From assembly GCA_963774265.1 (NCBI GenBank), contig CAVZDU010000006.1, positions 333,005 through 397,004 of the forward strand: a stretch of 64,000 nt of DNA, written 5' to 3'. Below are positions 1-9,639 of the stretch, in pieces; position 1 is the stretch's first letter; every line of letters starts with the position of its first letter. This DNA comes from an uncultured Chloroflexia bacterium. GTDB lineage: Bacteria; Chloroflexota; Anaerolineae; CG2-30-64-16. The translations under genes were made by a program, and so were the position numbers. The notes beneath the pieces are model-generated. The model was not told the origin of the DNA. It was given only the letters and a program-made list of their open reading frames with translations, and did not search any database.

Positions 1-72
1 GGCGTGCAGGGTCGCGTCTTGAGCGTTGACGACGCGGACGACAACGAACGCGTTGAGATATTCGTGGAGTAG
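1..72 (+). CDS. 3' end of a gene entering the window (…VQGRVLSVDDADDNERVEIFVE*)
   Basis: Open frame from base 1 to TAG at 70-72, convergent with the ROK gene; too short to assign a function. Confidence 0.5.
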   Translation, partial: GVQGRVLSVDDADDNERVEIFVE

Positions 73-78
73 TCCGAT

Positions 79-1074
79 CTACTCCGCCAACCGTTGTCGG
101 GCGTAGACCGCAGCGCCCAGCAGCACGGCGTTATCCCCCAGCTCGGCCAACACAATCGGCACGGTGCGGGCGTCGCGGCGGTTCATCGCATATTGGTACG
201 CCACCGCGCGTATAGGCTCCACGTATGCCTCACCCAGCGCCTCAGCCACCCCTCCACCGATCACAATCATGTCGGGGTCGATGAAGTTAATGATCGAGCC
301 GATGAATATACCGAGATAGTGTTGCGAACGGCGGATTACCTCATAGACGAGTGGATCGCGTTTCTCGTACGCTTCGGCCAGCACACCTGACGTAATGCGG
401 TCGCGGCCCTCGCGCTGGATCCACTCTGCCATCATGCTCTCGCGGCCCGCGCGCAGCCCCAACCGGATGTCCCGCTCGATCGCAGTCCGGCTGGACACGG
501 ACTCCAGGCAGCCGCGCTTGCCGCAGCCGCACACCGGTCCATCCGCGAGCACGACCATATGGCCGATCTCGCCGGCGGTCATGTGGGAGCCGCGCCAGAC
601 CTTTCCGTCGAGCACAATGCCGCCGCCGATGCCCGTGCCCACGAAGATGCCCACCATGTTCCTCACGCCCCGCGCGACGCCCAGCGTGAGCTCGCCGAGT
701 GCGCCCAGGTTCCCGTCGTTTTCGATGAACACGGGGACGCCGCTGAGCTGCTCGCTCAGCAGATGAGCGAAGGGGATGTTCTCCCACCCCTCCATATTGG
801 GTGCGAACCGCACGACGCCATCGTCGGGGTTCAGCGCACCCGGCGCGGCCGAGCACACGCCCGCGATCTCGTCCAGCGTGAGGCCCGCTGCTTTCACCGC
901 GTCCTTGACCGTCTTCGCCAGGCGCTCAATCACGGCTTCCACGCCCAAGCCGCCCTTTGTCGCGCGCTTGGCCGTCGCAAGGATCGCGTGGTTGGCGTCC
1001 ACAACGCCGGCGAGCACCTTGGTTGCGCCCAGGTCAACACCGACCACCGGTTTCTCGGTCGCCACTTTGCTCAT
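79..1074 (-). CDS. ROK family sugar kinase (glucokinase-like)
   Basis: GVDLGATK phosphate motif, ENDGN, GTGIGGG, GEIGH, and CGCGKRGCLE zinc motif; start taken at MSKV after a GAGG RBS. Confidence 0.9.
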   Translation of the reverse strand: MSKVATEKPVVGVDLGATKVLAGVVDANHAILATAKRATKGGLGVEAVIERLAKTVKDAVKAAGLTLDEIAGVCSAAPGALNPDDGVVRFAPNMEGWENIPFAHLLSEQLSGVPVFIENDGNLGALGELTLGVARGVRNMVGIFVGTGIGGGIVLDGKVWRGSHMTAGEIGHMVVLADGPVCGCGKRGCLESVSSRTAIERDIRLGLRAGRESMMAEWIQREGRDRITSGVLAEAYEKRDPLVYEVIRRSQHYLGIFIGSIINFIDPDMIVIGGGVAEALGEAYVEPIRAVAYQYAMNRRDARTVPIVLAELGDNAVLLGAAVYARQRLAE

Positions 1075-1243
1075 GGGGTTCCTCCGCAGGGGTGGATGAG
1101 ATGGATGGATTATAACGCGAAGCGCAACAAATCCCCGAATACCACGCCCTCGACATGACATTCCCCTCCGCTACCTGCACGTGGCGTTGATCGTATATAT
1201 GTATGTAAAGCGGCCGCCAGACCTCCGAGAGGAGTCGCAGGCC

Positions 1244-1735
1244 ATGAGGAATGATCCAATGAACCGCGATCTTAGATATGCAGGGCTTGGGAAGCGCTTT
1301 CTGGCGCTCCTGGTTGACTTCCTGCTGTTATGCGCCTTCTTTTTCCCGATCACGCGGCTGGTCAAGGGCGTGTGGCTGATGTCGCCCAAGGACCACAACT
1401 GGGTCAACGGGTGGTTCATCTTCGATCCGCTGTGCTTGGTCTTTCTGGCCATCATGGCGCTCTACATCGTCTCCCTGGAGGGCCTGCTGGGTGCGACCCT
1501 GGGTAAGTGGGTTTGCGGCCTGCGCGTGATCGGGATAGATGGCCGCCGGCCCGGCATGTGGAAAAGTGCGGTGCGAAACATCTTGCGTGCAGTAGATAGC
1601 CTGCCCACGCTCAACATCCTGGGCGTGATCCTCATTTTGCGTTCGGCAGAGCGGGCGCGTTTTGGCGACCGCGTAGCGGGGACCAGGGTGATTCAGGTCA
1701 GGCCGGGCCAACCGGTCCAGGAGATTACCTCATGA
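1244..1735 (+). CDS. RDD family membrane protein
   Basis: YAGLGKRFLALLVD, GATLGKWVCGLRV, RFGDRVAGTRV motifs. Confidence 0.85.
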   Translation: MRNDPMNRDLRYAGLGKRFLALLVDFLLLCAFFFPITRLVKGVWLMSPKDHNWVNGWFIFDPLCLVFLAIMALYIVSLEGLLGATLGKWVCGLRVIGIDGRRPGMWKSAVRNILRAVDSLPTLNILGVILILRSAERARFGDRVAGTRVIQVRPGQPVQEITS

Positions 1736-2658
1736 ATGATACGGCCATCGAAATCTGCAATTTGCGGAAAATGTACGGTGGGACGGCCGCGGTGGACGAC
1801 ATCAGCTTCGACGTGGCCAGGGGGGAGATCTTCGGCCTGCTGGGGCCGAACGGCGCGGGCAAAACCACGACACTGGAATCCCTCGAAGGGATCCGCAAGC
1901 CGGACGGTGGAACGCTCAGCATCCTGGGGGTTGACCCGACACGCGAGCCCGGCCGGCTTCGCGACCTGATCGGCGTGCAGCTCCAGACCTCTGCGCTGCC
2001 GGCCGATATGACGCCTGCTGAAGCGATGCGGTTCTTCTGCGCCTACCACAGCGTCGCGGAGAACGGTGTGCTGCTCGAACGCCTTGGCCTGGCTGAGAAG
2101 CGGAACAGCCGCTATCAGTCGCTTTCGGTGGGGCAACAGCGGCGACTGGCGCTGGCGCTGGCCGTCAGCCACAAGCCACCGGTGGTCATCCTCGATGAGC
2201 CGACCGCCGGGCTGGACGTTGGCTCACGGACCGAGCTGCACGCGCTGATGCACGAGCTGCGCGGGGAGGGCACATCCATCCTGCTGGCGACCCATGACAT
2301 GGCGGAGGCGGAGAAGATGGCCGACCGGGTGGCCATCCTGCTGGCCGGCAAGGTGGCCGCGACGGGCACACCGCGCGAGCTGACCGCGACCGGCGCTGGC
2401 TACACCAAAATCTCCGTGCGCACCGAGGAGAACCTGCTCCGGGCTCCGCCTACCGCAAACGCCTTGCCTGCCGTGGCGAAACAACTGGTCCAGGAGGAGG
2501 ACTACACCATCTTCTTCAGCACTGACCCCGGCCTCACCGTGTCGGCCATCCTGGCGCGCATCGCGGAGTGCGGCGACAAGCTGATTGACCTGCGCGTCGA
2601 ACGGCCGTCGCTGGAGGAAAGGTTCCTCGAGCTCACCAACACAGGAGGCGCCCGATGA
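1732..2658 (+). CDS. ABC exporter ATP-binding subunit (DrrA-like)
   Basis: GPNGAGKTT Walker A, LSVGQ signature, ILDEPT Walker B, H-loop; ATGA overlap with upstream gene. Confidence 0.92.
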   Translation: MNDTAIEICNLRKMYGGTAAVDDISFDVARGEIFGLLGPNGAGKTTTLESLEGIRKPDGGTLSILGVDPTREPGRLRDLIGVQLQTSALPADMTPAEAMRFFCAYHSVAENGVLLERLGLAEKRNSRYQSLSVGQQRRLALALAVSHKPPVVILDEPTAGLDVGSRTELHALMHELRGEGTSILLATHDMAEAEKMADRVAILLAGKVAATGTPRELTATGAGYTKISVRTEENLLRAPPTANALPAVAKQLVQEEDYTIFFSTDPGLTVSAILARIAECGDKLIDLRVERPSLEERFLELTNTGGAR

Positions 2659-3461
2659 ACGCGTTCGCCATCCACTTTGGGTTCGAGTTCAAGGCCGGGC
2701 TGCGTAACGCCACAGCCATGCTGATGAACTACCTTTTCCCGCTCGGCTTCTACGTCCTGATGGGAATCGTGTTCACCCAGATCAATCCGGTGTTCCGGGA
2801 CACCATGATCCCGGCCATGTTGATCATCGCGGCCATGAGCAGCAACCTCCTGGGGCTTCCCGATCCCCTGGTGACTTCACGCGAGGCCGGCATCTACCGC
2901 AGCTTCAAGATCAACGGGGTGCCGGCGGTCTCGATCCTGGCGATCCCGGTGCTCAGCGCGATGATCCACGCGTTGATCGTAGCCGCCATCATTGCCCTCA
3001 CGGCACCCCCGTTCTTCGGGGCCGCAGCGCCAACCAACTGGGGGATGCTGGCGCTCCTGGCGCTCCTGACGATCTTCACGTTCGGCGCCATCGGCGCGTT
3101 GATCGGCGTCGCCTCGCCGAGCTCGCGCGCCACCGTACTGTGGTCCCAGCTCATTTTCCTGCCCTCCATGCTGCTGGGCGGGCTGATGCTGCCCATCTCC
3201 GTCCTGCCCGAGTCTGTTCGCCCCTTTGCGGGCCTCCTGCCTTCCGCACACGCGATGCAAGCGTTCGCCGGGTTGGCGTTCGGCCAGGAGACGGTTTTCG
3301 ATCCCGTCCGCTCGGTCATTATCTTGGGAAGCAGCGGCATGCTGGCCTTCGGGCTGGCGATCTATCTGTTCAACTGGGACAGCCACAACGCCGCGCGCCG
3401 CGGCCACCCGCTGCTGGCGCTGCTGGCCGCGGTCCCTTACATCGCGGGGTTGTTCATGTAG
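2655..3461 (+). CDS. ABC-2 type permease
   Basis: About 7 hydrophobic segments, REAGIY motif, translationally coupled to the ATPase. Confidence 0.88.
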   Translation: MNAFAIHFGFEFKAGLRNATAMLMNYLFPLGFYVLMGIVFTQINPVFRDTMIPAMLIIAAMSSNLLGLPDPLVTSREAGIYRSFKINGVPAVSILAIPVLSAMIHALIVAAIIALTAPPFFGAAAPTNWGMLALLALLTIFTFGAIGALIGVASPSSRATVLWSQLIFLPSMLLGGLMLPISVLPESVRPFAGLLPSAHAMQAFAGLAFGQETVFDPVRSVIILGSSGMLAFGLAIYLFNWDSHNAARRGHPLLALLAAVPYIAGLFM

Positions 3462-3695
3462 CACGCCTGAGTGCGATGCCATCACAAGGGAGGTGGCGAC
3501 ATGAGCGCAAGACTGCAATTCCCTATCATTCATCGGCAACGCGTTCATGTTCGACTTGATCAAGATGATGATCGGCCACAGGAAGATTAAGTATGGCACG
3601 AGTTCACCCCTTCTCAGAATTCGTCTGACCGCGCTATACTTAGGCGCAGTCAGCAGTCCGCGGGGACCAACCCGCGGCCCGAAAGGAGTGCCCCC

Positions 3696-4626
3696 GTGAA
3701 CAAACGTGAAGTGATGCTGCGCTTGATCGACGGCAAAGCGCCGGCCGGCTACACCCCGGCTGCGTTTTTCCTGCACTTTGGATCTGCAGTACCACGTGGG
3801 CCAGGCCGCGATCGACCGGCACCTCCAGTTCTTCCGGTACACCGGCATGGACTTCGTCAAAATCCAGTACGAGCAGGGCATGTCCCAGGCGCCCATCACG
3901 TCGCCGGCGGACTGGGGCCGCGCACCGCGACTGACCGAGGAGGATTTCGAGCCGACCGTGCGCGTGGTGCGTGGGCTGGTCGAGGCCGCAGGCCGTGAGG
4001 CACTTGTCATCCTCACCCTGTATTCGCCCTTCATGTGGGCGCGGCACCTCGCGGGGGATGACGTGCTGCACGAGCACTTGCGCGAGCACCCGACCCAGGC
4101 TATCAAGGGGCTGGAGATCAGTACGGAGAACGTACTGACGCTGGTGCGGGCATGCAAGGCCGCAGGGGTGGACGGGTTCTATGCGTCGACCCAGGGTGGC
4201 GAGGCCTTCCGCTTCGGGGGTACGGATATTTTCGAACAGCTCGTGAAGCCAACGGACCTGACGGTGTGGGACGAGATCGCCTCGTGCCGCTTCAACATCC
4301 TGCATGTCTGCGATTACGAGGGCGCGTACGACGATCTGGCGTCTTTCATCGACTATCCCGGTCATGTCGTGAACTGCTCACTTGAAATCGGCGGAACGAG
4401 AATGTCGCCCAGGGAGGCGTCCGCCTTGTTCGGGCGGCCCTTCATGGGCGGATTGGAGCGTAAAGGGGTCTTGGCGACCGGTGAGCCAGCAGAGGTTCGC
4501 CGCGCCGCAGCGGCGGTGCTGGCCGAAGCGCCGAAACGCTTCATCCTGGCCGCGGACTGCACTGTGCCCGGCGACGCCTCGTGGGACAACCTACACGCAG
4601 CGATTGACGTCGCCCACGGAGGATAA
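3696..4626 (+). CDS. Uroporphyrinogen decarboxylase (UroD/MtaA) family protein; one frameshift near 3780
   Basis: GTG start after AAGGAG; N-terminus MNKREV…FFLHF joins the frame carrying DFVKIQY, TLYSPF, NILHVC, FILAADC. Confidence 0.75.
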
Positions 4627-5256
4627 CCTGCAGAATCCATGACTATCATATGCAAAGCCGGAGAACACGGTCAGAAGCAGCGTGCCGAGAGCAAGGAAGC
4701 TGATCACCAAGATGACCATCGGATCGTCCACACCGAAAAGGGTCTCCATCAAAGGTACGCCCGGAAGCATAGAGAGCCAGGCGATGATGCAGGCGGTATA
4801 AAACCAGGGCCACAGTTTTGCCAGGAAACGCTGGAAACCATCATCCGATCGAGAGGCTTTGGACGACGATACCGGCGCGTGGATCCGGGTTGCAACCACG
4901 CCGGTCAGGATTCCAAAGATCGGAGGAAAAATGCCTCCGCCCACCAACAGCATGGCGATGGACAGAAGAACCATGACCCACCCCCCGTGCTTCCTGTGAA
5001 CGAACAGGACGGACCACACAAGCAAAGCCAGGGAAACGAGCACGGCCAGGACCCCGGTGACCAGCAGGTTGGGGATGACCGTCATCGCCGGCTCGCCGGA
5101 TAGGCTGCGGAAGAAAGCTGAATCAGGCCAGGACGGGAACATGACCCCGCTCGGAGCTACGCTGCCCTGCAGCACTTCGCCGATGCCGTGCTCGATGCCG
5201 GCCAGCGCCATGATGGCGCCGAAGGTCGAAGCAAACGTTCTTGTTGCGTTTTTCAT
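4591..5256 (-). CDS. Hypothetical multi-pass membrane protein
   Basis: About 6 TM segments, GIEHGIGEVLQG motif; lies just downstream of the flavodoxin gene. Confidence 0.7.
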   Translation of the reverse strand: MKNATRTFASTFGAIMALAGIEHGIGEVLQGSVAPSGVMFPSWPDSAFFRSLSGEPAMTVIPNLLVTGVLAVLVSLALLVWSVLFVHRKHGGWVMVLLSIAMLLVGGGIFPPIFGILTGVVATRIHAPVSSSKASRSDDGFQRFLAKLWPWFYTACIIAWLSMLPGVPLMETLFGVDDPMVILVISFLALGTLLLTVFSGFAYDSHGFCRLSSVGDVNRCV

Positions 5257-5270
5257 CTCCGTTCTTTCCT

Positions 5271-5825
5271 TCAATGTGACTTAGCGGGCTGATACTGCCC
5301 TGCCCGCGTGCTGGCCGCCAGCGTGCTGGCCGCCAGCGTGCTCGCCCAGCGGCGGATGGCCTCCCAATCGCGCAGGTCGCTGGGCGGCATCTGTCGGAGC
5401 GCGGGAATAAGGTTCCAGGGCAGACGCAGCCCGGACGGGTCGAACTTACCCCCGATCACCTCAACCGAGACCGGCCTGAGCCACGGAAACCTGGCCAGTT
5501 CCCGATCAAGCTGCTTGCGTACTTCCTGCCACTCGTTTCCATCTCCGGAGCCGAAGGGGCCGCCCGCAAAAATGGCGATTGGAAGACCGCCGGTGAGCGC
5601 TTTTTGATGCCGGGATAGAAAGTGCAGCGCATCCTTGTGCAGGTGAAACATGTAGAGCGCAGCTCCCAACACGACCGCGCCGTATCCATCCAGTGTCCGC
5701 ACATCCCGCGCGGGCTGAAGGTCGACCGTAAGTTCATGGCCACGCAAAGTCGCCACGACGGCCTCGGCCACCTCCTGGGTTGAGCCGTGTGTAGAAGCAT
5801 AAGCCACCAGAACCTTGATTTCCAT
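5271..5825 (-). CDS. Flavodoxin-domain protein (HemG-like)
   Basis: LVAYASTHGSTQEVAE FMN-binding loop and C-terminal DLRDWEAIRRWA. Confidence 0.82.
   Translation of the reverse strand: MEIKVLVAYASTHGSTQEVAEAVVATLRGHELTVDLQPARDVRTLDGYGAVVLGAALYMFHLHKDALHFLSRHQKALTGGLPIAIFAGGPFGSGDGNEWQEVRKQLDRELARFPWLRPVSVEVIGGKFDPSGLRLPWNLIPALRQMPPSDLRDWEAIRRWASTLAASTLAASTRAGQYQPAKSH
5306..5342. repeat. 15-bp tandem repeat (GCGTGCTGGCCGCCA x2.5) in the flavodoxin 3' end, encoding STLAA repeats
   Basis: Units at 5306-5320, 5321-5335 and a partial unit at 5336-5342. Confidence 0.9.
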
Positions 5826-5942
5826 CTGTTTCAGTCTCCTTTTCCAATTGAATCATAGCGATAACCCTCTCCCTTCGTCATCTATCAAAGGTTAGATCGC
5901 GAGTTATAACTGTCGAGCCGGTTGGGAGTAGAATAGATAGAA

Positions 5943-8735
5943 ATGAATCTCACCGGCTCACCCCTTGTCCTCACCAAGATGCGCGTGCCGGCGGCGCGGG
6001 CGCGCTTGATCTCCCGCGCGCATCTGGTTGATCTTCTCACTCCAAAGGATGGCGCCAGCTTCGTCCTGGTTTGCGCGCCTGCCGGCTATGGGAAGACCAC
6101 CCTCCTGGCAGAGTGGGCCCAGTCTCTCGTGAAAAACGGGACTGCTGTCGCCTGGGTCGCTCTGGACCCAAGCGATGATGATCCGATTCCCTTTAGCTCC
6201 TATCTCATCGCCAGCTTGATCCATGCTCTCGGTCCCATCCCCGAGCTGACCAGAATCGCCCAGCTCCTGCGCGCCACGCCAGAGATAGACCTGCAGCGAA
6301 CCATGCCCGTCGTCATCAACGCCATCGTTTCGAGCGGCCGGGAGTGCGTCCTGATCCTCGACGACTATCACCTGATCGGCTCTCCGGCCATTCACACTGC
6401 CGTGGGATATCTCCTCGAGCACCTTCCTGGGAACCTGCGCATTGCCATCGGCAGCCGCTCGGACCCGCCGCTGCCCCTTGCTCGCCTGCGTGCGCGCGGG
6501 CAACTGCTCGAGATCCGCACTGCAGGTCTGCGCTTCAAAGCAGATGAAGCAGCCCGGTTTCTGAACGAAGTCATGCAGCTCGGATTATCGCCGGAGGGGG
6601 TCACTGCGTTGGAAGAACGCACCGAAGGCTGGGTTGTCGGGCTGCAACTGGTGGCCCTCTCCCTATCGAGCCGTGCGGATAAAGAGCAGGTGATCGCTTC
6701 CTTCGCCGGCAGCCATCGTTATCTGGTTGAATACCTGATGGAAGAGGTGGTTAATCGCCAGGGGGAAGAGGTACAGTCATTTCTCCTGTCAACATCCGTC
6801 CTCGAGCGCATGTGCGCTCCCCTATGCGATCAAATCCTGGAGAACCGGGGACAAGGGGTCAGGGACTCAACTGACCCCTGCGATTCACAGTCAGTTTTGG
6901 AGCATCTGGAAAAATCCAACCTGTTCCTTGTGCCACTCGACGACGAAGGGATCTGGTATCGCTATCATCATCTGTTTCGCGATTTTTTGCGGGCCAGGCT
7001 GAGCCGGACCCAGGGGGAACGCATCCCCGTGCTGCACCGGGCAGCCTGCGAGTGGCTGGCGGCACACGCATTCTTGCGTGAAGCAGCCTACCATGCCTTT
7101 CAAACCCAAGACTGGGAATATGCGGCGGCCTTCGTCGAACAGCATAGCTTCACCCTGATCGTTCACAGTGATATCTCGACGCTTTATGAATGGTGCTCGG
7201 CTTTTCCTGAGGAGGTGATGCAGAGGCATCCGATGCTCTGCCTTCAGCACGGTTTGGCGTTGGCGTATAGTTTTCGACGGCAGAACCGGGCCAGGGCTGA
7301 AGCGCGGCTGCAGCAGGCCGATCGATTGATTGCTGATCTGGAAGACAGGCAGAGCGTGCGTGAGCTCAACGAGTTTGCCGGGGTTGTCCACACGTTCATG
7401 GCCTTTGCTCCAGATCCCTCTGCTGATCCGAGGGAGCTTCTCGCCCTGGGTCAGCGCATGCTGGGCAACTATGCCGAGGGAGACCCCGCTCAGTTTACCG
7501 GCCGACTTCTGACCGGCTATGCTTATCTTGCGCTTCACGACGCGCAGGCCGCCGGCAAAACCCTTGAAACAGCCAGGCAGATCGCCCAGCGCGAGCACCT
7601 GTATTTTGGGATCGTGGAGTCCTCGTTCAACCTGGCCCGCCTCATGCACAACCAGGGGCAGCTCCGCCGCGCGGCGGAGATCTGCCGCCAGGGGCAGGCA
7701 GACATCGCGGCTCTACTGGCCCAACCCGGGCAAGAACTGCCCGCTCTGGGCAGCCTCGACATCGAGCTGGGCTGCGTCTGCCTGGAACAGAATCAACTGG
7801 ATAAGGCCGAACAACGCCTCCACCATGGCCTGAATCTGATGGGCGGGGGGATGAACCCTCATTACCTGATGACGGCGCACATTGCGTTGTTTCGCCTGTG
7901 CGAGATCCAGGGTCGTTCGGCAGAGACACTCAAATACCTCGATCGTCTGGAAGCTGCATGGCCAGATATCGCCTTCTGCACGAACGGGCTGCGAGTCATG
8001 CATTCCTTGAGAAATGCACCGGAGGATCCGGGCACGCTGGCGGAGGCGGCCAATTGGTGCCAAGACTTCTTCTCTTCACGGGGTGAACATACATCCCCGC
8101 CGGGGCTGGGTCCTTTTGGGGCTGCCGAGGCCTATTATCTGGCCGATTTCGCCTGGGCACGCGCCCAAATTGCCCTCGGCGAAGCGAAAGCGGCGATGTC
8201 TTACCTCGCCCCCCAACTTGATCTGGCAAATGACCACGGACTGACGAACCGGGTGATCGAACTCTCTCTGCTGGAAGCTCAAGCCTGGCTAGCAGAAGGC
8301 GACCATCCACGCGCCTGTGCCGCCCTGGAGCGTGCGCTCATGCTGGCTCAGCCGGAAGGTTATATTCGCATCTTTGACCAGGGGCCAGCCCTGACTCAAC
8401 TGCTTGTCGAGGCAGCCCAGCAAGGGAACTTCAGGGAGTATATCGAGCGTATTTTGTCCGCCATTGGCATGCCAGAAGCCCTTCCTCGGGGACAGGAGGG
8501 CACCGGGGCCCGCTCCGCTCAGACATCCTTCGGCGAAAGCCTCAGCGAACGCGAGCTGGAGGTGCTTCGTCTCATCTCCCAGGGGGCTACAAATCGTGAT
8601 ATTGCCGAGCAGCTTGTAATCACGGAGGGGACGGTTAAAAGTCATACTAACCATATTCTAGGCAAGCTGGATGCCCATAACCGAACTGAGGCCGTCGCCC
8701 GAGCTCGAAAACGGGGCTTGCTGGATACACAATAA
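5943..8735 (+). CDS. MalT-like (STAND ATPase-TPR-LuxR HTH) transcriptional regulator
   Basis: APAGYGKTT, LILDDYH, RTEGW, WYRYHHLF, and C-terminal LSERELEVL…TVKSH LuxR HTH. Confidence 0.92.
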   Translation: MNLTGSPLVLTKMRVPAARARLISRAHLVDLLTPKDGASFVLVCAPAGYGKTTLLAEWAQSLVKNGTAVAWVALDPSDDDPIPFSSYLIASLIHALGPIPELTRIAQLLRATPEIDLQRTMPVVINAIVSSGRECVLILDDYHLIGSPAIHTAVGYLLEHLPGNLRIAIGSRSDPPLPLARLRARGQLLEIRTAGLRFKADEAARFLNEVMQLGLSPEGVTALEERTEGWVVGLQLVALSLSSRADKEQVIASFAGSHRYLVEYLMEEVVNRQGEEVQSFLLSTSVLERMCAPLCDQILENRGQGVRDSTDPCDSQSVLEHLEKSNLFLVPLDDEGIWYRYHHLFRDFLRARLSRTQGERIPVLHRAACEWLAAHAFLREAAYHAFQTQDWEYAAAFVEQHSFTLIVHSDISTLYEWCSAFPEEVMQRHPMLCLQHGLALAYSFRRQNRARAEARLQQADRLIADLEDRQSVRELNEFAGVVHTFMAFAPDPSADPRELLALGQRMLGNYAEGDPAQFTGRLLTGYAYLALHDAQAAGKTLETARQIAQREHLYFGIVESSFNLARLMHNQGQLRRAAEICRQGQADIAALLAQPGQELPALGSLDIELGCVCLEQNQLDKAEQRLHHGLNLMGGGMNPHYLMTAHIALFRLCEIQGRSAETLKYLDRLEAAWPDIAFCTNGLRVMHSLRNAPEDPGTLAEAANWCQDFFSSRGEHTSPPGLGPFGAAEAYYLADFAWARAQIALGEAKAAMSYLAPQLDLANDHGLTNRVIELSLLEAQAWLAEGDHPRACAALERALMLAQPEGYIRIFDQGPALTQLLVEAAQQGNFREYIERILSAIGMPEALPRGQEGTGARSAQTSFGESLSERELEVLRLISQGATNRDIAEQLVITEGTVKSHTNHILGKLDAHNRTEAVARARKRGLLDTQ

Positions 8736-8745
8736 CGCAATAACC

Positions 8746-9633
8746 TCAATCATCATATCCTTCAGGGTTTTCTCCATCTGCAAGTATAGCCCTGAAATCC
8801 GTTAACGACTGAGCAAAGGAGGTGGGGTCAAACGCGTCAAAACTCCGCTCACGAGGGAGCGTAATACTGAGACAGTGCATTGCCATCCGCACGCGCATGC
8901 GAGATTGAAACGGCTCATCATCTGCGTAACCGACAATTTCTAGAAACCCCCGCCGCAATGGAGGGGGGTAATACCACCAAAGCGTTGCACCGATATCAAC
9001 GGCTGGGTCGTCCAGTGACATAGACTCCAGGTCGATCAGATAGAGTCGCCCGTCAGCCGAGACAAGCCAGTTGGCGTTACAGATATCATTATGCGATGCT
9101 ACCAAACCTGTTCCCAGAGAGCATTGGACTTGTTGGGCCAAATAAGCAAGGCTTTCATCGACGAATTCAGCGACTTCTGGAACGTGTGATTTATAGTGTT
9201 TCCATCTGCGCTGAATGCGGGTTAGCAACTCCAGTCCAACTACGCTGTAGAGGTCGGAGGAGGCTTCGGGGAGAACTCGCTTCACTTCGGGGCTATGATG
9301 TGTTTTGTGGATCGTGGTAGCGATCTTCTCAAGATTGGTGTGATAATCTTTTCGAGAGGGTTTTCTGCCCGCGATGTAGGGTTGAACGACTACGGACGTA
9401 CCATCTGCCAGATACCCAGCCACCAATACCTGGGGCGTCAAACCGAGCGAGGCCATCGCCTCATATCTTGCTGTTTGCGCTCCCAATTTCACGAAGTAAG
9501 TATGCTCGTTGCCGTGTGCGAAGTAGGTTTCGTTTCCGCTCCCCTTGGGAAACGAAAAATCCCAGTGAGTGCTCCCCAAATGCTTCTGAAGGAAAGCCTC
9601 AACTTCTTGCTGATGGCGTTGTCTATCCTGCAT
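8746..9633 (-). CDS. Aminoglycoside phosphotransferase/choline kinase-family protein
   Basis: YFVKLG lysine, HNDICNAN catalytic loop, LIDLE metal-binding motif, DPAVDIG. Confidence 0.8.
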   Translation of the reverse strand: MQDRQRHQQEVEAFLQKHLGSTHWDFSFPKGSGNETYFAHGNEHTYFVKLGAQTARYEAMASLGLTPQVLVAGYLADGTSVVVQPYIAGRKPSRKDYHTNLEKIATTIHKTHHSPEVKRVLPEASSDLYSVVGLELLTRIQRRWKHYKSHVPEVAEFVDESLAYLAQQVQCSLGTGLVASHNDICNANWLVSADGRLYLIDLESMSLDDPAVDIGATLWWYYPPPLRRGFLEIVGYADDEPFQSRMRVRMAMHCLSITLPRERSFDAFDPTSFAQSLTDFRAILADGENPEGYDD

Positions 9634-9639
9634 GGTGAC

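Noticed and set aside
3696-5825. UroD-like plus HemG-like genes as a heme biosynthesis cluster
   Set aside because: They are convergent, both belong to broad families with non-heme members, and no other hem genes are nearby.
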